This document shows positions 28,075 to 42,390 of a stretch of DNA of 48,484 nt, in pieces. The stretch comes from Paraglomus brasilianum (lineage: Eukaryota): positions 1 through 48,484 of the forward strand of contig CAJVPI010000151.1 of assembly GCA_910592345.1 (NCBI GenBank), written 5' to 3'. The stretch's first letter is position 1. The number at the start of each line of letters is the position of its first letter. The translations under genes and the position numbers were made by a program. The notes below the pieces were generated by a model that was not told the DNA's origin, searched no databases, and saw only the letters and a list, made by a program, of their open reading frames with translations.

Positions 28075-29184
28075 TCATCTATTTTTTACAGCCCAAAATC
28101 TATATACTTTACAAAAAGTTTCATACGTAACAAACTCTTCCTTGACACGACGCAACAATTCTTCATACTCCCCCAACGACAACTCCATGAATTCTGCAAG
28201 ATGTTCGCCAACTTGGTTGTAATAAATGAAAAACGTATCTTCCAACAAAGTTCCCATCCTCCCGCCAAGACGGCTAATGGATAAAGGTCGGAAAGAATGT
28301 TCTATGTCACCGAGACCATTAGTTGCGGCAAGGAGAAGTTCTAATTTGCGAACTATCTCGCTGTCCATATGCTGCAGAGAAAGATATTGCAACACTGAAA
28401 AGGATAAAAGAAAAATAAGTACTGTATATTACACACACGCGACAACTTAGCGAATTCGAATGTTTGACCAGCAACTTACTTGATGTGACGACTTGTGAAG
28501 AATCTGGTCCCATGTTTTGTAAACGATAGTCTGGTTCCATTAGTTCGAGGAAACCACCTGGTTTAAGAACCCTAATAATAAAAGGTTTTCGTACTATTAA
28601 AACTCTGATTTTCGTAAAAAAATAAAATACTTGCTGGTTTTGTGGTTTTTTTTACGTACCTCACAACCTCTTGAAGTGCACGCTGCCATTCGTCGTGCAT
28701 AAATGTACCCGAAAATAAAGCCATTCTTATATAATCAAAAGAATCATCCTCAAATGGTAATTTATCAAGCACATCTGCTTGTACAAACTTGACATTGTGT
28801 TGGCTGATTTCGTTGGGGCTGGGGAAAAGATTATTGATGTCGATTCCTATAAAGTCGGTTAAAGGATATGCAGAGGCTATGTCAAAAAGCCATGTGCCAG
28901 GACTACATCTGATAAAGTTTGCGTGCGTTAGAAAAGGATGTTTGTTTTTTTTTCCCATTACGGTTAATCCAATCTCTCGTTTCAGAAAACTCACCCGACA
29001 TCTAAAACTCTTGCGCCACTTGTCAGTTTTTCTTCCACAGGAGCTGAAAAATTGCTCTGCCATAAGAATTGATATATGTAGTGGGATACTTCTTGAACAT
29101 CATCGAAAGTTTTAGGACGTAATAATTTCAGTTTCTCATCTGTAATCGATGAATAAACTGGTTGTGGATAAGAGACTGTGACGG

Positions 29185-29215
<31 letters not shown>

Positions 29216-29341
29216 CTTTGATTTCGATAGTGAGAGGGATTTTAGTTTTGATTTGAGGGTGGAGGAAGAGGAAGAGGAAAAGGAGTGTGAAGAAGAGAAT
29301 GACGAGGTTGGGGAAATGCTTAGTGACGTGTTGTTGCCCAT
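28075..29341 (-). CDS. Class I SAM-dependent methyltransferase 1 (LaeA/Methyltransf_25-like), 4 exons, about 335 aa
   Basis: Exons 29341-28995, 28908-28660, 28571-28480, 28394-28075 join in frame (1008 nt). NFSAPV, VLDVGCSPGTW, FIGID, LPFEDDSFDY, RVLKPGGFLE; Ser-rich and polyQ N-terminus. Confidence 0.92.
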
Positions 29342-32300
29342 GTGAAAAACCTTGTTTTTAGTTGGGAATGGATATCTTATTCGATGAGAAGGAGAGGAAA
29401 TATTTATAACGAAACAAAATGCAGAGAAACGTGATTTATTTGTTATTATGTCGTATCACTAGTGAGGTTTCTTGTATACTCACTTTAATTCATTTAGCAA
29501 GCAAATAGCACGCATATATATATAAATTGGACAGGCAAAATACCGTCAATTGCCTGTCATTTCTTCAAACAGTCTCCTCAGCAATGCCATTGGTGGTTAT
29601 GTAATAGTCGATACGATAGGTGTTTTAAATGTTGTGTTACTTCTTATTGTCCGCACAGACGATTCCGGGAAATGCGTTTAGTATTAGTGAATGACGTTTT
29701 GTTTGCTATATATTATTACAATTATATTAGTAGCCCCGATATTCCAATTGCTAGTCCCTTGTTTATTATTTTTAACTCGTCTGGCTAAATGAATAGTCCC
29801 GTTGCCGTATTATTATCAAGGATAAACTTCACATGCTTGCATTAAAAAATAAAAATTGTAAATCCATCTCTCCAGGAATTATGGTGGATTGGCAATGCAA
29901 TGGTTATGGCTATTATTATGTAATAATTATATGTAAACAGGCAGATCCAGACCTTAGTATTATATAATAATAAATATATCTTGGAAGCGCTTTCCTGTTA
30001 AAGGATTTGTATAATAATCTGCCAGAATTACAGCGTTAACGAATGATTAATAAGTAAATGCATAACGGTTAGGGGCCTAGACCGCTTAATAATAACTCAA
30101 GTTGTGAGTGGGTGTTAAACCGAGTCTAGAACTTTTGCTTACATAATACACCAAATTAGGATGTTGCGTAACCAATAATGACATAATAATATTATTGCAT
30201 AAACCCATCCATTCGGAATCTCCTAATCGAGGCCAGATTTTCCTATGGGCGGAAATCAACCCTTCAGAATCAGATTTTATTATGTAAAAATTGCATGATG
30301 GTAATGCGGTTTAATATTACAATAATGACGACAATGACGAGTCACAGAAACGGTTATCGTTGACGGGTTCTAAAAAATCTCTTTTGGGGACATGCATAAT
30401 GTATTAGTAACACTCTTTTCAATTCAACCACTCGCTTGAATACTGACAGTGATATTGACGCAGTATTGTCATTGTTCTATTTGTCATAATGACGTTATTT
30501 CCTTGTCCATTCGACCATTTCCCCCGGTTAATAGTTGACCAGATAAAGTTTTGTTCATAGAGTGCAGATTGTATGACATTTGACAATATAAAGATTATAA
30601 ACACAACTTGGACGTGGAGATAATATTGTTGTCCCCTGACATAAAAGGAAAAGTAAAAGAATGTTTTTGTATTGCCCCCCTTTTTCTACAGACATCAATG
30701 AAACGCTCAATAACCGAAAGAGTTTTGACCTTGATTGAGCCTATCAATCTATCGAATACTCGGTAATTAAAAAGTGCGAGTTTTCCAGTTTTCAATGTGA
30801 CATGGCTAATGTTTCGTTCTAGTTCTAGATCGTTTAAATCGGTTGGTTTTTTTTTTCTTCTTCAACGCCGATTCATGCTTTGAAATTGTACAATTATCAT
30901 CGTTCCCCAATCGTAGATTTTTGTAGACACAACATTTACATAATTGGTAAGCAGCGATCACCATTGTCCAACGCGCGAAATCCCCGCATTTTCCTGATCT
31001 CGGTTCACGGACTTGTCGCCGCGATGGTCCGAAGTGGTCGCAAAATAAATATAACAGTGTACAGCAATAAATAAAAATGTTGTACGTAAAACTTTTTTTT
31101 CTCTCTCTCTCTTCTTTCTCGTCTAATTGAGATTCGTAGTGGTGCGATATGCTAATGGATCAAGCGTTGAACGCAAGTGATATTGTATGACCGGTGAAAG
31201 AAGATTCGATCAAAAGACTTTTTCTGGCAAACTACAAACGCTCGCATCCAGTTAATTATTTGTCTCCATTGTTTGTCATTCTATGCAAGTAAAGCTTAAC
31301 CCTTTTGTGGCAGACTACTTAAAAAGACGGTAGTACAATACTTATCCTTGAAAGTTATCATTCAGGCGTTATTATAAACATTCATTAGTTAGCTGTATCT
31401 TGTATTGGATATACGGTTACTCCGAAGCGTATTTTGCAGAGAATTATGAATTGATAGCTATATCGGCACGATTTTTCCCGGTATGCAAGGATTGCATGGG
31501 CGCAGGAAGGTAAATCACTACTAACTTTCTACTTGTGCGTGCGGGATGGCCAAATGGGATATGTAACTCGATGATGCTATTTCGAACAACGCCATGATCG
31601 CCAATATAATTTGATTTGTTCACTTTGAGAAGCTCTTACTCACCAAAACGTCACCGCTACTACCTCCTTGTTTGAATGAGAAAATTGGTACATCTGCCGG
31701 TCGAAATCCGCGAAGCTGTCAACAAATGCAGCGGTTGAACAACCTATAGTGTTAGCTCCGATATTCCTAATATTAATATCTAAGAAGCCAATTGGAACTC
31801 CTGCATCGTCATTCAATCCTGTTAATTTTTTTGGACAAATTACGCGGGTAAAGTCCGCTTTAACAGTGCTCCGTTCCACACGTAATTCGGATAATTCATT
31901 AAAGCGGACTTTGGTAACGAATTTTCATATGCATTGCACGTTTTTCGTTAAGTGGGCAATCAAGAACAGCTAAAAGACCTATGTGTTTTATCTGGTTCTC
32001 TACTAACGCCATTTAATGAACCCCTCCAATCGCATCTATAGTGCTATACTTATTACAGTTTTTATTAAATTGATCATTTGTGTTGTTATTTAGTATGTAC
32101 CATTTCGTATGTTATGGGAAATTCTACTTTATTCGACTGGTAGTTTTATGAACTCGTTCCAAACTTCACCGTGTACATAACTATTAAATGACGTCATCAT
32201 TTTATAACAAACTTGAATAGCAAGCATAAATATTCACCTTAGAGTTGTGATGACATGACAACTATAGGCGATGACTATAATTCTGGTCGCATAGACGCAA

Positions 32301-32582
32301 ACGAATTTCGTTGGTAAAACATCAGATGTTGGTTAGCATTAGCAAGTTCCTGTTCAATTAGATCAACAAGAGACGCGTATACCACAGACTCGACGTTATA
32401 TCTGTTCACTATTTCACAAACCATTTTTATTCGAGACCTGCCCCGCTAGTAATACACGTGATCATAAGCGTATCCGTCCATCAGTGCAACCAGTGACACT
32501 GTAGGGCAAACGACATAACTCACATGAGGCAATATAAAATACATATGTACACACATGATACAATGTTCCCAGTTACTCTCTC

Positions 32583-33857
32583 TCATATTATACAGCCGCC
32601 CATTCCAATCCCATCGCACCGACCAACTATTTTTCGTCCCCAATGCCTATAACTATTTACCCAACTCTCTCTCTCATTTAATTCCTCCAAAAGTGCAGCA
32701 ACAATTTCCATGTACTCTTCTTTGTTCAATGCCCATTTAGACATCAAGACTTCTTCATGGATTATTCCAAAACACATGTTCAGCATTTCGTACGATGCCA
32801 TTCCCAAACGACCGCCACGACCACCTACAAGAAGACGTTGGTGAGCTTTCTGAAGCGAGGTTAAGACGTAAGTCTGGCTGAGCAGATCTGGTAATGATAC
32901 GGATGGTTGGAAGGATTGCTCTCCGTGCTTTTCGCTTTGGGCTTTGACTAGAAATAACAAAGTGGGTAGATTAGTAATGAGATCAACGGATTATATGTCA
33001 CGAATATATATTTTATATGATCATTTAAAAAGAATCAAAACCAACGTTTAAATTCCTCGCCAAACATTGCAAAGTATGGACCGCCTTCTTCAGGAGAATG
33101 CTCAAATTCACTCAGCTCAATGTATCCGCCAGGTTTCAGTATTCTGTAAATAATGAGAATAGTCACATAAAATTTTAACCAACATATCGAGATCAGCTCG
33201 TCTAGCGAGCGTGCTATGAATCGTTGGAAATCAAATTTCACGGATCGCTCACCTAACAAGTTCAGTAATGGCCTTCTCGTAATTTTCTTTGTTAAATACC
33301 ATTAACATATTGCTCATTCGTACGTAATCAAAAGTATCATCGTCGAATGGCAATCTCGTTAATAAATTGCCTCGCATAAAGTACACGTTCATGGGTCGTA
33401 TTTGGCTTGGGAATACCGACGATGTCTTGTCTAGGCCTATAAATTCTGATGCCGGGTTATTGTTTGCCTGTTCGAGTATCCACGTACCGTTCCCACACCT
33501 TTCAGAGGAGTAAAACGGGTTAGAAGAAGAAGAAGAAGAAGGAAGAGAGAGAGAGTAGGGAGAATAGGTAGAGTAATAGAGATTTGGATAACAATGACGA
33601 GGGTAGCAACAACGAAATAAAACTCACCCTGCATCCAGCACTTTAGCTCCGATCTCCAACCGCTTGGCTATCGGTGCACTGAAAGACGATTTCCATGCTG
33701 TTTTTTCGACGGCATACATCAAGTGCATGAATTCTTCCATCTCTTGCTCTTTTTTCCCCAAGCCATCATCATCGCTTAATAAAGTCATTGCAGCAGGTCG
33801 TTTCCTGCAGTAGCGAAAGGGACGACGGCATCGTATCTTTGTGTTGAGTGTTCCCAT
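32583..33857 (-). CDS. Class I SAM-dependent methyltransferase 2 (paralog), 4 exons, about 312 aa
   Basis: Exons 33857-33628, 33498-33253, 33143-33046, 32947-32583 join in frame (939 nt). SFSAPI, VLDAGCGNGTW, FIGLD, LPFDDDTFDY, RILKPGGYIE; intron positions and phases match methyltransferase 1. Confidence 0.9.
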
Positions 33858-33949
33858 CGTGCTCTCAAAGTCGATGGATAGATTTAAGAGTTTGATTGTA
33901 TAGAGTCTCTAGAGACGTAAAAATTTACAAATATGACGGCTCTATTCTT

Positions 33950-34078
33950 GCGTGTTTATGAATGTGTGTGTGTGTGTGTGTGAATGTATGCGTGTAATGA
34001 ATGTATGCGTGTTGAATGTATGCGTGTGTGAATATATGCAGTATACAAGTGTATGCGTGTTGAATGTTATGCGTGTAT
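33950..34078. repeat. (TG)n microsatellite and degenerate TGAATGTATGCGTG tandem repeats
   Basis: Directly visible about 100 bp upstream of the methyltransferase 2 start codon. Confidence 0.8.
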
Positions 34079-35489
34079 ATTTCAAAAGGAATGGAGATAT
34101 ATATGTCGCTAGGACTAAATGGATTTGTCGTAAGATTAAAAGTTTGAAAGACCCCTCAACTTATGCCTGAATCTAAACAATCAATGTGTTGCAACAACGT
34201 ACACTTTGATCGTATAACACATATATGGGGGTATTGTCGCATACAAACAAGTTTTGATGTTTGCGATTTTTTTCGTTTTCTGCGACAAGGTCACCCATTC
34301 TTAAACATTTTTCTCTGCTCCCTTTCCCCTTACATCACCAAATTGAGATCTTCGGATTGAATAACCCCAAATGGAATGGTGTGAAATAATCAGTAATGAG
34401 CGATTGGTGGCAAGAAACATTAATTAATGTACGACAAAGAAAAGCGAGTATATTACTGCCATTCGGATCGCGCAAATTGAATGGGCCATTCTTATTATTA
34501 GACGAGTCTCGTGGGGGGAAACTAAATAGCGGGCAGATGCAGAGTCTATTAACAAAAATCCGAAAATAAACAAGGGCCTTTAATGGTTAATATATTAAAT
34601 CTAAAACTCTGTTTCCGAAAATAGCAAGGTTAAGATTGGAGTAAACATATGGAGCGCGAGCAATTAATGAACAATAGCATTAATCTATTGGAACCCTGCG
34701 AAACGATATTTTATGTGCAACCCAGATTTGTAAAGAGGGGGATTGCAAATGCAAAACGGTGTGTGGTCTGATTTCCCAATACTAAATACTATTAAACATG
34801 ATCTCAGTAACACACACTTTCTATATAGAAATGCTGATTGTCTTTATTCCTTTTTGTGCAAATCGTTGTTTCCGGCAAAAGTTAACTTTATTCGATAAGC
34901 TGTTTGTGAATTACACATTAATAACAATACATGATCGTTATGCCATATTTATCGATTAGTGCCACTGCACTAAATTTTCTCCACAATATTTAGAATATTC
35001 TGATCATTCTGATTCGTTCGTAACGACGAGAGAGAGAGCAGTAATGCGGTTCCATTTTCGCAGCGTCACAAAACAACGTGCGTAAAAATATGGTAGTACG
35101 TATTGTTCATCTGGTCACGCTTAATCAAAAGTATCTTTGAAACCTGTTTCTTCCCTCAAACTTGTGTTTTTTCTTCTCTCTAGTTTTAATCTCAACCCTT
35201 CATATACCGACTATATTATTCTCAACTTGACTGGTTAATTGTGTTTCTGAGCCCCTTCTCTCGGCAATCTTTTTCATTTATTTTCATTAATTTATTCATT
35301 TCATTAGATCACACCTGTGTTGACATCTCTAAGTTTCCGTATTACCTTTGTTGCAACAACCAATAAAAGTTTAAAATCTACCCTCCATTTACAAATTCTT
35401 TCCTCACACGAAAAATTCAGGGCACCTAATTACCTAAAAAGTCAATGGTTAACGTAACAGTAATTCGATGGCCTTCTCTATACATTGTA

Positions 35490-35558
35490 CGGTTTTACAC
35501 AATCAATCTTACACAGTCAGTCTTACACAGTCAGTCTTACACAGTCAGTCTCACATAG
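35490..35558. repeat. 14-bp tandem repeat (CAGTCTTACACAGT), about 4-5 partly degenerate copies
   Basis: ...CAATCTTACACAGT CAGTCTTACACAGT CAGTCTTACACAGT CAGTCTCACATAGT. Confidence 0.85.
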
Positions 35559-36055
35559 TTGGGACAAGATTAAATTATCATCTTCAGTCCACGATTAAAC
35601 TTTCAGCTATTGTGGTTATTGCTTTAGATGGCAGCTTCTGTTTCTTTAAAATCACTCACATGCCTTAGTTGCAGTGTTGAAGAAACTAAATCTTTTCAAT
35701 TTCCGTAAAGGCTGCTTTATTTTTAAAAAATTGCCAAGCCCACAATATATTTTTTAAAGAGTTCAGAGTCAATAAAGTTGTACACGAATATCGATAAACC
35801 AGTCACGCCTTTTCGGTGCGATATTTTGCCATGATAATAAATTTTTGATAACACAATTCTAAACCGTACTTACCGCCTTTCATACATTCTCTGATCCTAT
35901 ACTAATACGGTTAAACAATTTTCAAAACCAGTAGTATATTTGGGTGAATATAGCGACGTATAGATATCCTAGAAACATTATCTATAATTTGCTTTATTGT
36001 AGAAACTGTGACATATGTATACGTCTGCATTCAATAAATTACCTATCGCAATAAA

Positions 36056-39000
36056 CTATCCAAACAAGCGAAAATGCTGAAACTCCTCGCTGTTCATATC
36101 AATCTCTACCCATCGACGTCTTGCGCCCGTACTGGTATCCCCATCATTCCCGGGGATACGTGGGTCTTGTGTTTTCTGGCTAGCGATGCTGTCCATTATA
36201 TCAATGGAGCTTTCGTCGCCAAAGTACCCCTGAACACTATTTGTCCGAGTATCCGGTTGAACCGTGGTGGGTGTATTAAATATACGCAATAAATGTTGGT
36301 ACATTTTTGACATTTCTTCGTCGTCGTGTTTGGATAGATCATAGAAATATTGTAGTCGTCTGTCGTTTGTTTCGCAGTCATCAAAGGCATTCATAGCGGG
36401 TACCTGTTCATTCAAACAACACCTTTCGTGAGATTTTGTAACGCAGCAGATAGTCACCAACGCAACGAACCAACACGGTGCATTGTTCGCTAATTGTTCT
36501 CCTGTTTTACAATATGATATTACTATCAAGTCAAATTACCTCATCCTCGTCCTCAATGCTTGTGGCAACACCATACAATTTATGTAGATTTTCCTGATCA
36601 TCGCTTAAAATTGAAAAACCAAGGAGCGATCTATTTGAACCATATTTCGTAGCAATGGACTCTTCGACTATTAAAACGCTTGCAAGTGCATCATCGAGAC
36701 TGCCAACACTTCGAAGACACAGCTACGTAAAAACACAGAGATGTTAACAAAAATAACAACAAAATGGATAAAAGTTTGTAATATCGACAGTTACTTTTGC
36801 ATGACATATTGCCAGAGAGAGCAGAGTCTTGTAATTAATAGAGTGAGAATGATAGTATTAGTTGTGAATAAAAAGACAAATTATCTCCGTTTTAAGTTGT
36901 ACTAACTTCTAATAGGGCAGTCGATGATGAATAGCCATGGCTTCCCCCTTTTAGTTTTCGAAAGGTTAAATAGTATTTCCGAAGTAAATCTTTACATTCC
37001 TTTGACAATCTAATCTCGCAGTCAGTCAATAACATTAATGAATATACTTTTTGGACAACATTAGAAAATTGCCTTACGTGACTTCGATGCTGCGTGCCGC
37101 TACAATATACTATTAAATTGTGCGCAACGTTAGATAACAAGACTAATATATTCTTGGCAGACTAGAAATATTTACATTCTTAAATTCTTCAAATGACACG
37201 CGTTCTTTGGGTTTCTCATTGTCGGAATATTGGTCGAAAACGTGATCAATAAGCGAATTAGAAGTTTCAGAGTCGACTGTTTCCTTGATATAAATTACAA
37301 GATCAAATGTACTTTTATACGGGTCGAGTTATTATCGCTTCATGTGACCACAAAGTTCATTAATCATACTTACTCGACAATCGGCTTCACAAGAGCTCTG
37401 CATACAATCTACAATAATAGTAAGATAGTGATGTTAACATTCATATGAATAATCTTACTCTCGATAGTCAACTACCTAAAACCGTCTTTTACGCACTTCG
37501 ACGCCATACTGATTCACATCTTTATGAGTTGGTATGTACTTTCCCTTGGTTGTTGCTTTCCTTGTAGTTGACCATGCCCAGAGACACGCATCAATGTCCA
37601 TACACAACTGATGGTATTGTGTTTCCAGCATCGGTTGTGAAACAGGTGTTATAACTGCCAATTAATATAAATCATTGAAAATTAATTTGCATTGTGGATA
37701 CAACAATTTCAATGTAAAAAAACAATAGCCTATTATCGTCTACCTTGTCTAACATCATTAATGTCTTTCTTAGATATTATATCCATATTTACTAGTAAAA
37801 CTCCATCATCAACCCTTGACAAAATTGCAGCTGTAAAATGACACGTTAATAATAATTCGCAATATTAATAAAAGCATGTTTTTTATATTCACATTCGAGT
37901 GTTCTCTCTGATTGAGGTTTTTTTCCTCCATACTCTACTGAAAAGAGCGGTTGCCTTCTATTGCCAATTCCATAAGCCCATTCCTCGTGTCTTGTAATAA
38001 AAATATTAATATAAATTATTGAAGAGTTAAGACGGCAAAAAGCGAATTTACCTAGTAAAGTTGGATGCTTGTCGTAATAACCTCCTGACAGTATTATTAT
38101 ACTCATCGCAAATAATAAATAGATGCAGCTTATTGAAGCTATTAATATGCTCAATGGTTTTCTCGGATATTGATATGAGGCTTGTTAAATACAAATACGT
38201 TAGTATCTATAATTTACCGGCCATATTTATTATTAATAATTACCTTAATAACAAGCACAGTTTTATTTTCCTATACGCTTTTCTAGGAACAACATCTTCT
38301 AAACGTGTGTCAAATAACTACGTAAATTGTCGTTTACTAAACCAATAATTACTCACCACAGAACACATCAACAATACGTTGAGTGAATGACCAGGCTGAC
38401 AAATTTGCTGTGAATAAATACAGTTAAAGCTGCAATTTTCAACATCTCAAATTATACACAACGCTCAGTTACCCGTTTGCAAAAGAGTAAAGTATTCAGG
38501 CGCTTGCATTAATCTGTCATGGTTATTGAGTGACTGATGTAATCGGTGGCAATTATTAGAATTAATATTTAATTTACTATTCAGACATGAATTTAACTAT
38601 TTCACTCACCACTGGGATGTTTCTGATATTAATAACCTTATATTTAACCAATCGATTTTAAATTTTAATTATATGACAAACATAAGGCAAGAAAGCTTGT
38701 ATATACTTACTTCGACATGCACACCAGTGTCAACTGTATTATTGACCCGGTATATATTATCTACAATGTACGAGATTTAATCAGTACATTCTTTCTTGTA
38801 ACATTCATGTGAACATACCATCAAGTCCGTGAAAGTGTCTCTTTGCAAATCCAATAACTTCTATAAATTGTCCCATTTTTACTGCATTAATAAAATCGTC
38901 TACATGAAGGAATCACGACGTTATTCATTGTACGAGAATAAGGGCGCAGCTACTTAGTGTAACGCTTTATGCGAACCTTTGAGAATTGCAATAATACTGC

Positions 39001-41056
39001 TACCGAACGATCCAGGCGGAGAAAGCGTGGGACTTAGGGATGAAATGCGAACGCGTTGGTAGGCTGAATAGATGCGAACAGATGAGTTTTATATAATCGT
39101 CAATGATTACAAAATAAGGTTAAATATGTGAACTTACTAGTATAGACTCTGTCTACAACTAGTTCTTTCATCCGAACACCGCAATGCGAACATTCTAAAT
39201 CAATATCGTTTAACCTTGCGCTTAGGCGTTTACAAGTACATAGTTAATAGAACAATCCCTTTGTATATCGTAATCAAAAGCCTGTAAATAAACCACAGAA
39301 ACCTTGTGCTTGTTTTTAAAAACACTTTTCCCTCGGTCCGCTTAATTACCCGATTTGTGCGAGCAGTGGGAATTACGTGAAGGTAATTCTGGTTTCGACA
39401 GCGGGAATTTTTGCAATGAAATGTTTGACTATATCTAAAAAAGAAATACATCATTAGCTAAATAAATAATGTTAATATTTGAGAGTATGTCAACAATATA
39501 CCAACATTTCAAATGATGGAAGCCACATGCAATCTATGATACCACGTAATATACATAGAGACCCATTTTCGCAATATCTGGTAACGTCATATGTTTCTGC
39601 GATTGTGTTTAACCTGTAACTGAAAATAGCCATAATAAAAACTTGATCAAACGTATCCAAACTTGTTCCTTCCGCGCCGCAAACAAAATCAGCAACGTAC
39701 CTTTCGCCAACGGAGCTTAACCTAATCCTACACCTTACCTGCTCGGCGAGGAGTATGTTGTCATTCTCAATGACAGATTGAAGAATTATTAGTGATGCTG
39801 TCGTAAAATCCTCGGTTATGTCAGAGAATGTTTTAGGTGCTAGAAGAGCCGACGACAGATGAGCTGACGCAATGGATTGTATGAAAATGTTAATTAGATA
39901 TTCGTAATTTATATTAGAGAATATATGAATAAGTACCGTCGAAGGATAAAAGTGTCTCGGCATTGACATTAAACGTGACGTTGTATCGATTTATAGTAAA
40001 GTTATTCTGTAGTTAAGTATAGCAATAGTAATAGTTATAATGACGTGGTATATTTAAACATGTACGTAAACACTGTACAATACTTTGCTACGTTCTCTCT
40101 GTGACTGTTCCTTTGCTTCGTGAATTTCTTGCATATGATATCTTGTAATATCTTTTAAATAGAGACGTATATGTGAATTTTATTATTTATATCGTTAATT
40201 TTTAAATTCAATTGTCACGTACAGAGCTTAATTTTTTCTATCCGTCGCACTTCTTCTGAATCAACGGGTAGCAAATGATTGTCGACTGAATGTACCTGCG
40301 AAGACTGTTTAATGTTTATTATCTTAGTGTTCAATACAAATATCTATATCCCTTTAACCCCTCATGTATTTTTTTACATACTTCACTCTCAGTACTTTCT
40401 TCGCAGATCCTTTGTTTTTTATCTGTTGCAAGCGAAAAGGAATATTTTTGTATAAAGTCCTTTCTTTTCTGACTCAGTTTGTTCTCAAGAGTTGTTGAAG
40501 TTGGGTACACTGATGGGGGGTATGACATTCCAAGCTCACTCGTCGACGAGTCAATAGACGAACTATCATCGCAGTCATGAACGTCATCTACAATGGTATT
40601 ATCACTGTTGATACTTTCGTAAATATTTGCGTTGGTATGGTACGCGTTACCGGTAATTTTGCCACTTTTGTTTGCGTTATTTGCGTTTGAAACAATTACT
40701 CGGTCGCTGCCTCCCCTATTCCATTCTTTCTGTAACCATTCTTTGCGTGGTAATCTAAACCTTGCCCAATAAGCATCCATATCACTGATCGATTGAGTCA
40801 TTGATGCCCTATTTTTTGAACAATCATCGCTAGAAAATGTAGTCTGCCGGGGGCATAAACACGAAAAGTCGTCCTCCTCTTCCGACGTTATGTCAAGAAA
40901 TAAGGTGCTATCTGGTGTTTTAGGGTCTTTGTCTCGCTTGTTATTTGTAACAGTTGGGGTAATTTGCATATGACTAGCAGGTTTAATCACATCAGCGAAT
41001 TTGTCGTTGCATCTTGTTCTGTTATAGTCTGTTTGAGGTGTGCTGTTATAGTTCAT
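36056..41056 (-). CDS. MCMDC2: MCM-domain protein, MCMDC2-like (apparently non-catalytic), many short exons
   Basis: After a disordered N-terminal exon: MCM N-domain (YITRYH...VNAETLLSFD), Zn-finger FHCKNSRC...CSHCG, OB motif DDFINAVKMGQFIEVIG, degenerate AAA segment AILSRVDDGVLLVNMDNISKKD, lid LSKECKDLLRKYY...HAKLCLR...DDALASVLIVEES. No Walker A or IDEFDKM seen. Exon boundaries only partly resolved. Confidence 0.68.
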
Positions 41057-42390
41057 TGTATATTGTATGTATATTTTGATTTGTTTTGGATAATTGATTT
41101 CGAATTGTGACAGCCTGTATTTATATGTTTCTGTTGTTTCTGTTATTGACGCGAAATAAAGCGCGTAACGATAAAATGCATTATGTTATCATACTATTGG
41201 TATTCTTTAATACTTTCGGAGTTTTCAATTTGGGTGGTGTGTGAGAGATCAAACGCCGCAGAATTAACGTATATCTGATGATGCAAAAAGACTGGGTCGA
41301 ACGAAAACAACAAAATTTTTGACTGATTGTCGAGACTTGGTTCGATAGCGTTGTTTGTAACATTCAAAATTTTTTAATTTGAAAAGATTATCCCCATTTT
41401 AGTGGGGTTGATAGCAATAGTAATAGCAATAATGGCATGTACGTACAGAGACATTCGCACATGCTGGTAGTAAACTGCCATGCATCTAAAAGTAAAATCT
41501 GATTATCAGAAGAAAAGATATACGTGTGGCGGCTGAGAATAGGTATATTACTCAACGATCTGTGTTCTGAGCTAAACACAGTTATGATTTCTTAAGAGAT
41601 AAAAAATTTGACTTGTTCATTCTTGAGAAACTCTCACTTGAAGTTGCAAACCAGAATCAATTGGAGAATTTTACTCGTGAACATCACCGTTACTTCGTTT
41701 TAGCTAAATAGACAAAAGGCGCATCTACCACGACATACGCCAATAAGTTGTTAGTGGTGAAAGGAGATAAACTACCGTCTTTGAGTATCATTTATCGCTT
41801 GATTGAAACATTCGAGCACAGACAGCAAGGCATTAAAGATGAAACATGCGCTGAACAGGCCTCGCGAAGCTGTCACAAAAATGAGAATTACAGATTTGAG
41901 CAATTGTTAATGATAACCGCCATTTAACAACACAAAAATTAGCTAAATAAATTGGGAGTGAATTGATCATGTTCTTCGTCAAGAGTTCGGCCTGAGAAAA
42001 ATAGGTTCTATGTAATACTGCGCCACATATTTTAAACCGGTCATAGTCACGAAAGCATTTAAAAAGAAAGAGTTAATACCCATGACACTGTGATTTTTTC
42101 TATTTCCTAAGAACTTGAAAATAAAACGTATAATAAGGATGAAAATCTCACGTTGGCTGTTCAGCCAATTACGCAAAAGAGGACTACCTACCTAGTGACT
42201 TGCTACTACCAAGAGTTTACACAAATACCAACTGTCTTGGCTATCAGTAATATGTAAACAATTACACTACCCATTGCAGCACCTTACGCACATTCCCTCG
42301 TAAAAAATTAGCTGTGCTGATTGATTTCATGGTCACGTCATATCGTGTATTGTGCACTTTGGATGACTAGTTAGATTTTAAAATGTAATA

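Noticed and set aside
31300..31900. Protein-like minus-strand fragments between the two methyltransferases
   Set aside because: Possibly a gene relic, but no recognisable motif or consistent frame.
33952..34170. Cys/Val-rich 72-aa ORF
   Set aside because: Translation artefact of the TG-rich repeat.
41430..41930. Coding-like plus-strand stretch (YDFLRDKKFDLFILEKLSLEV...)
   Set aside because: Interrupted by stops and no family recognised.
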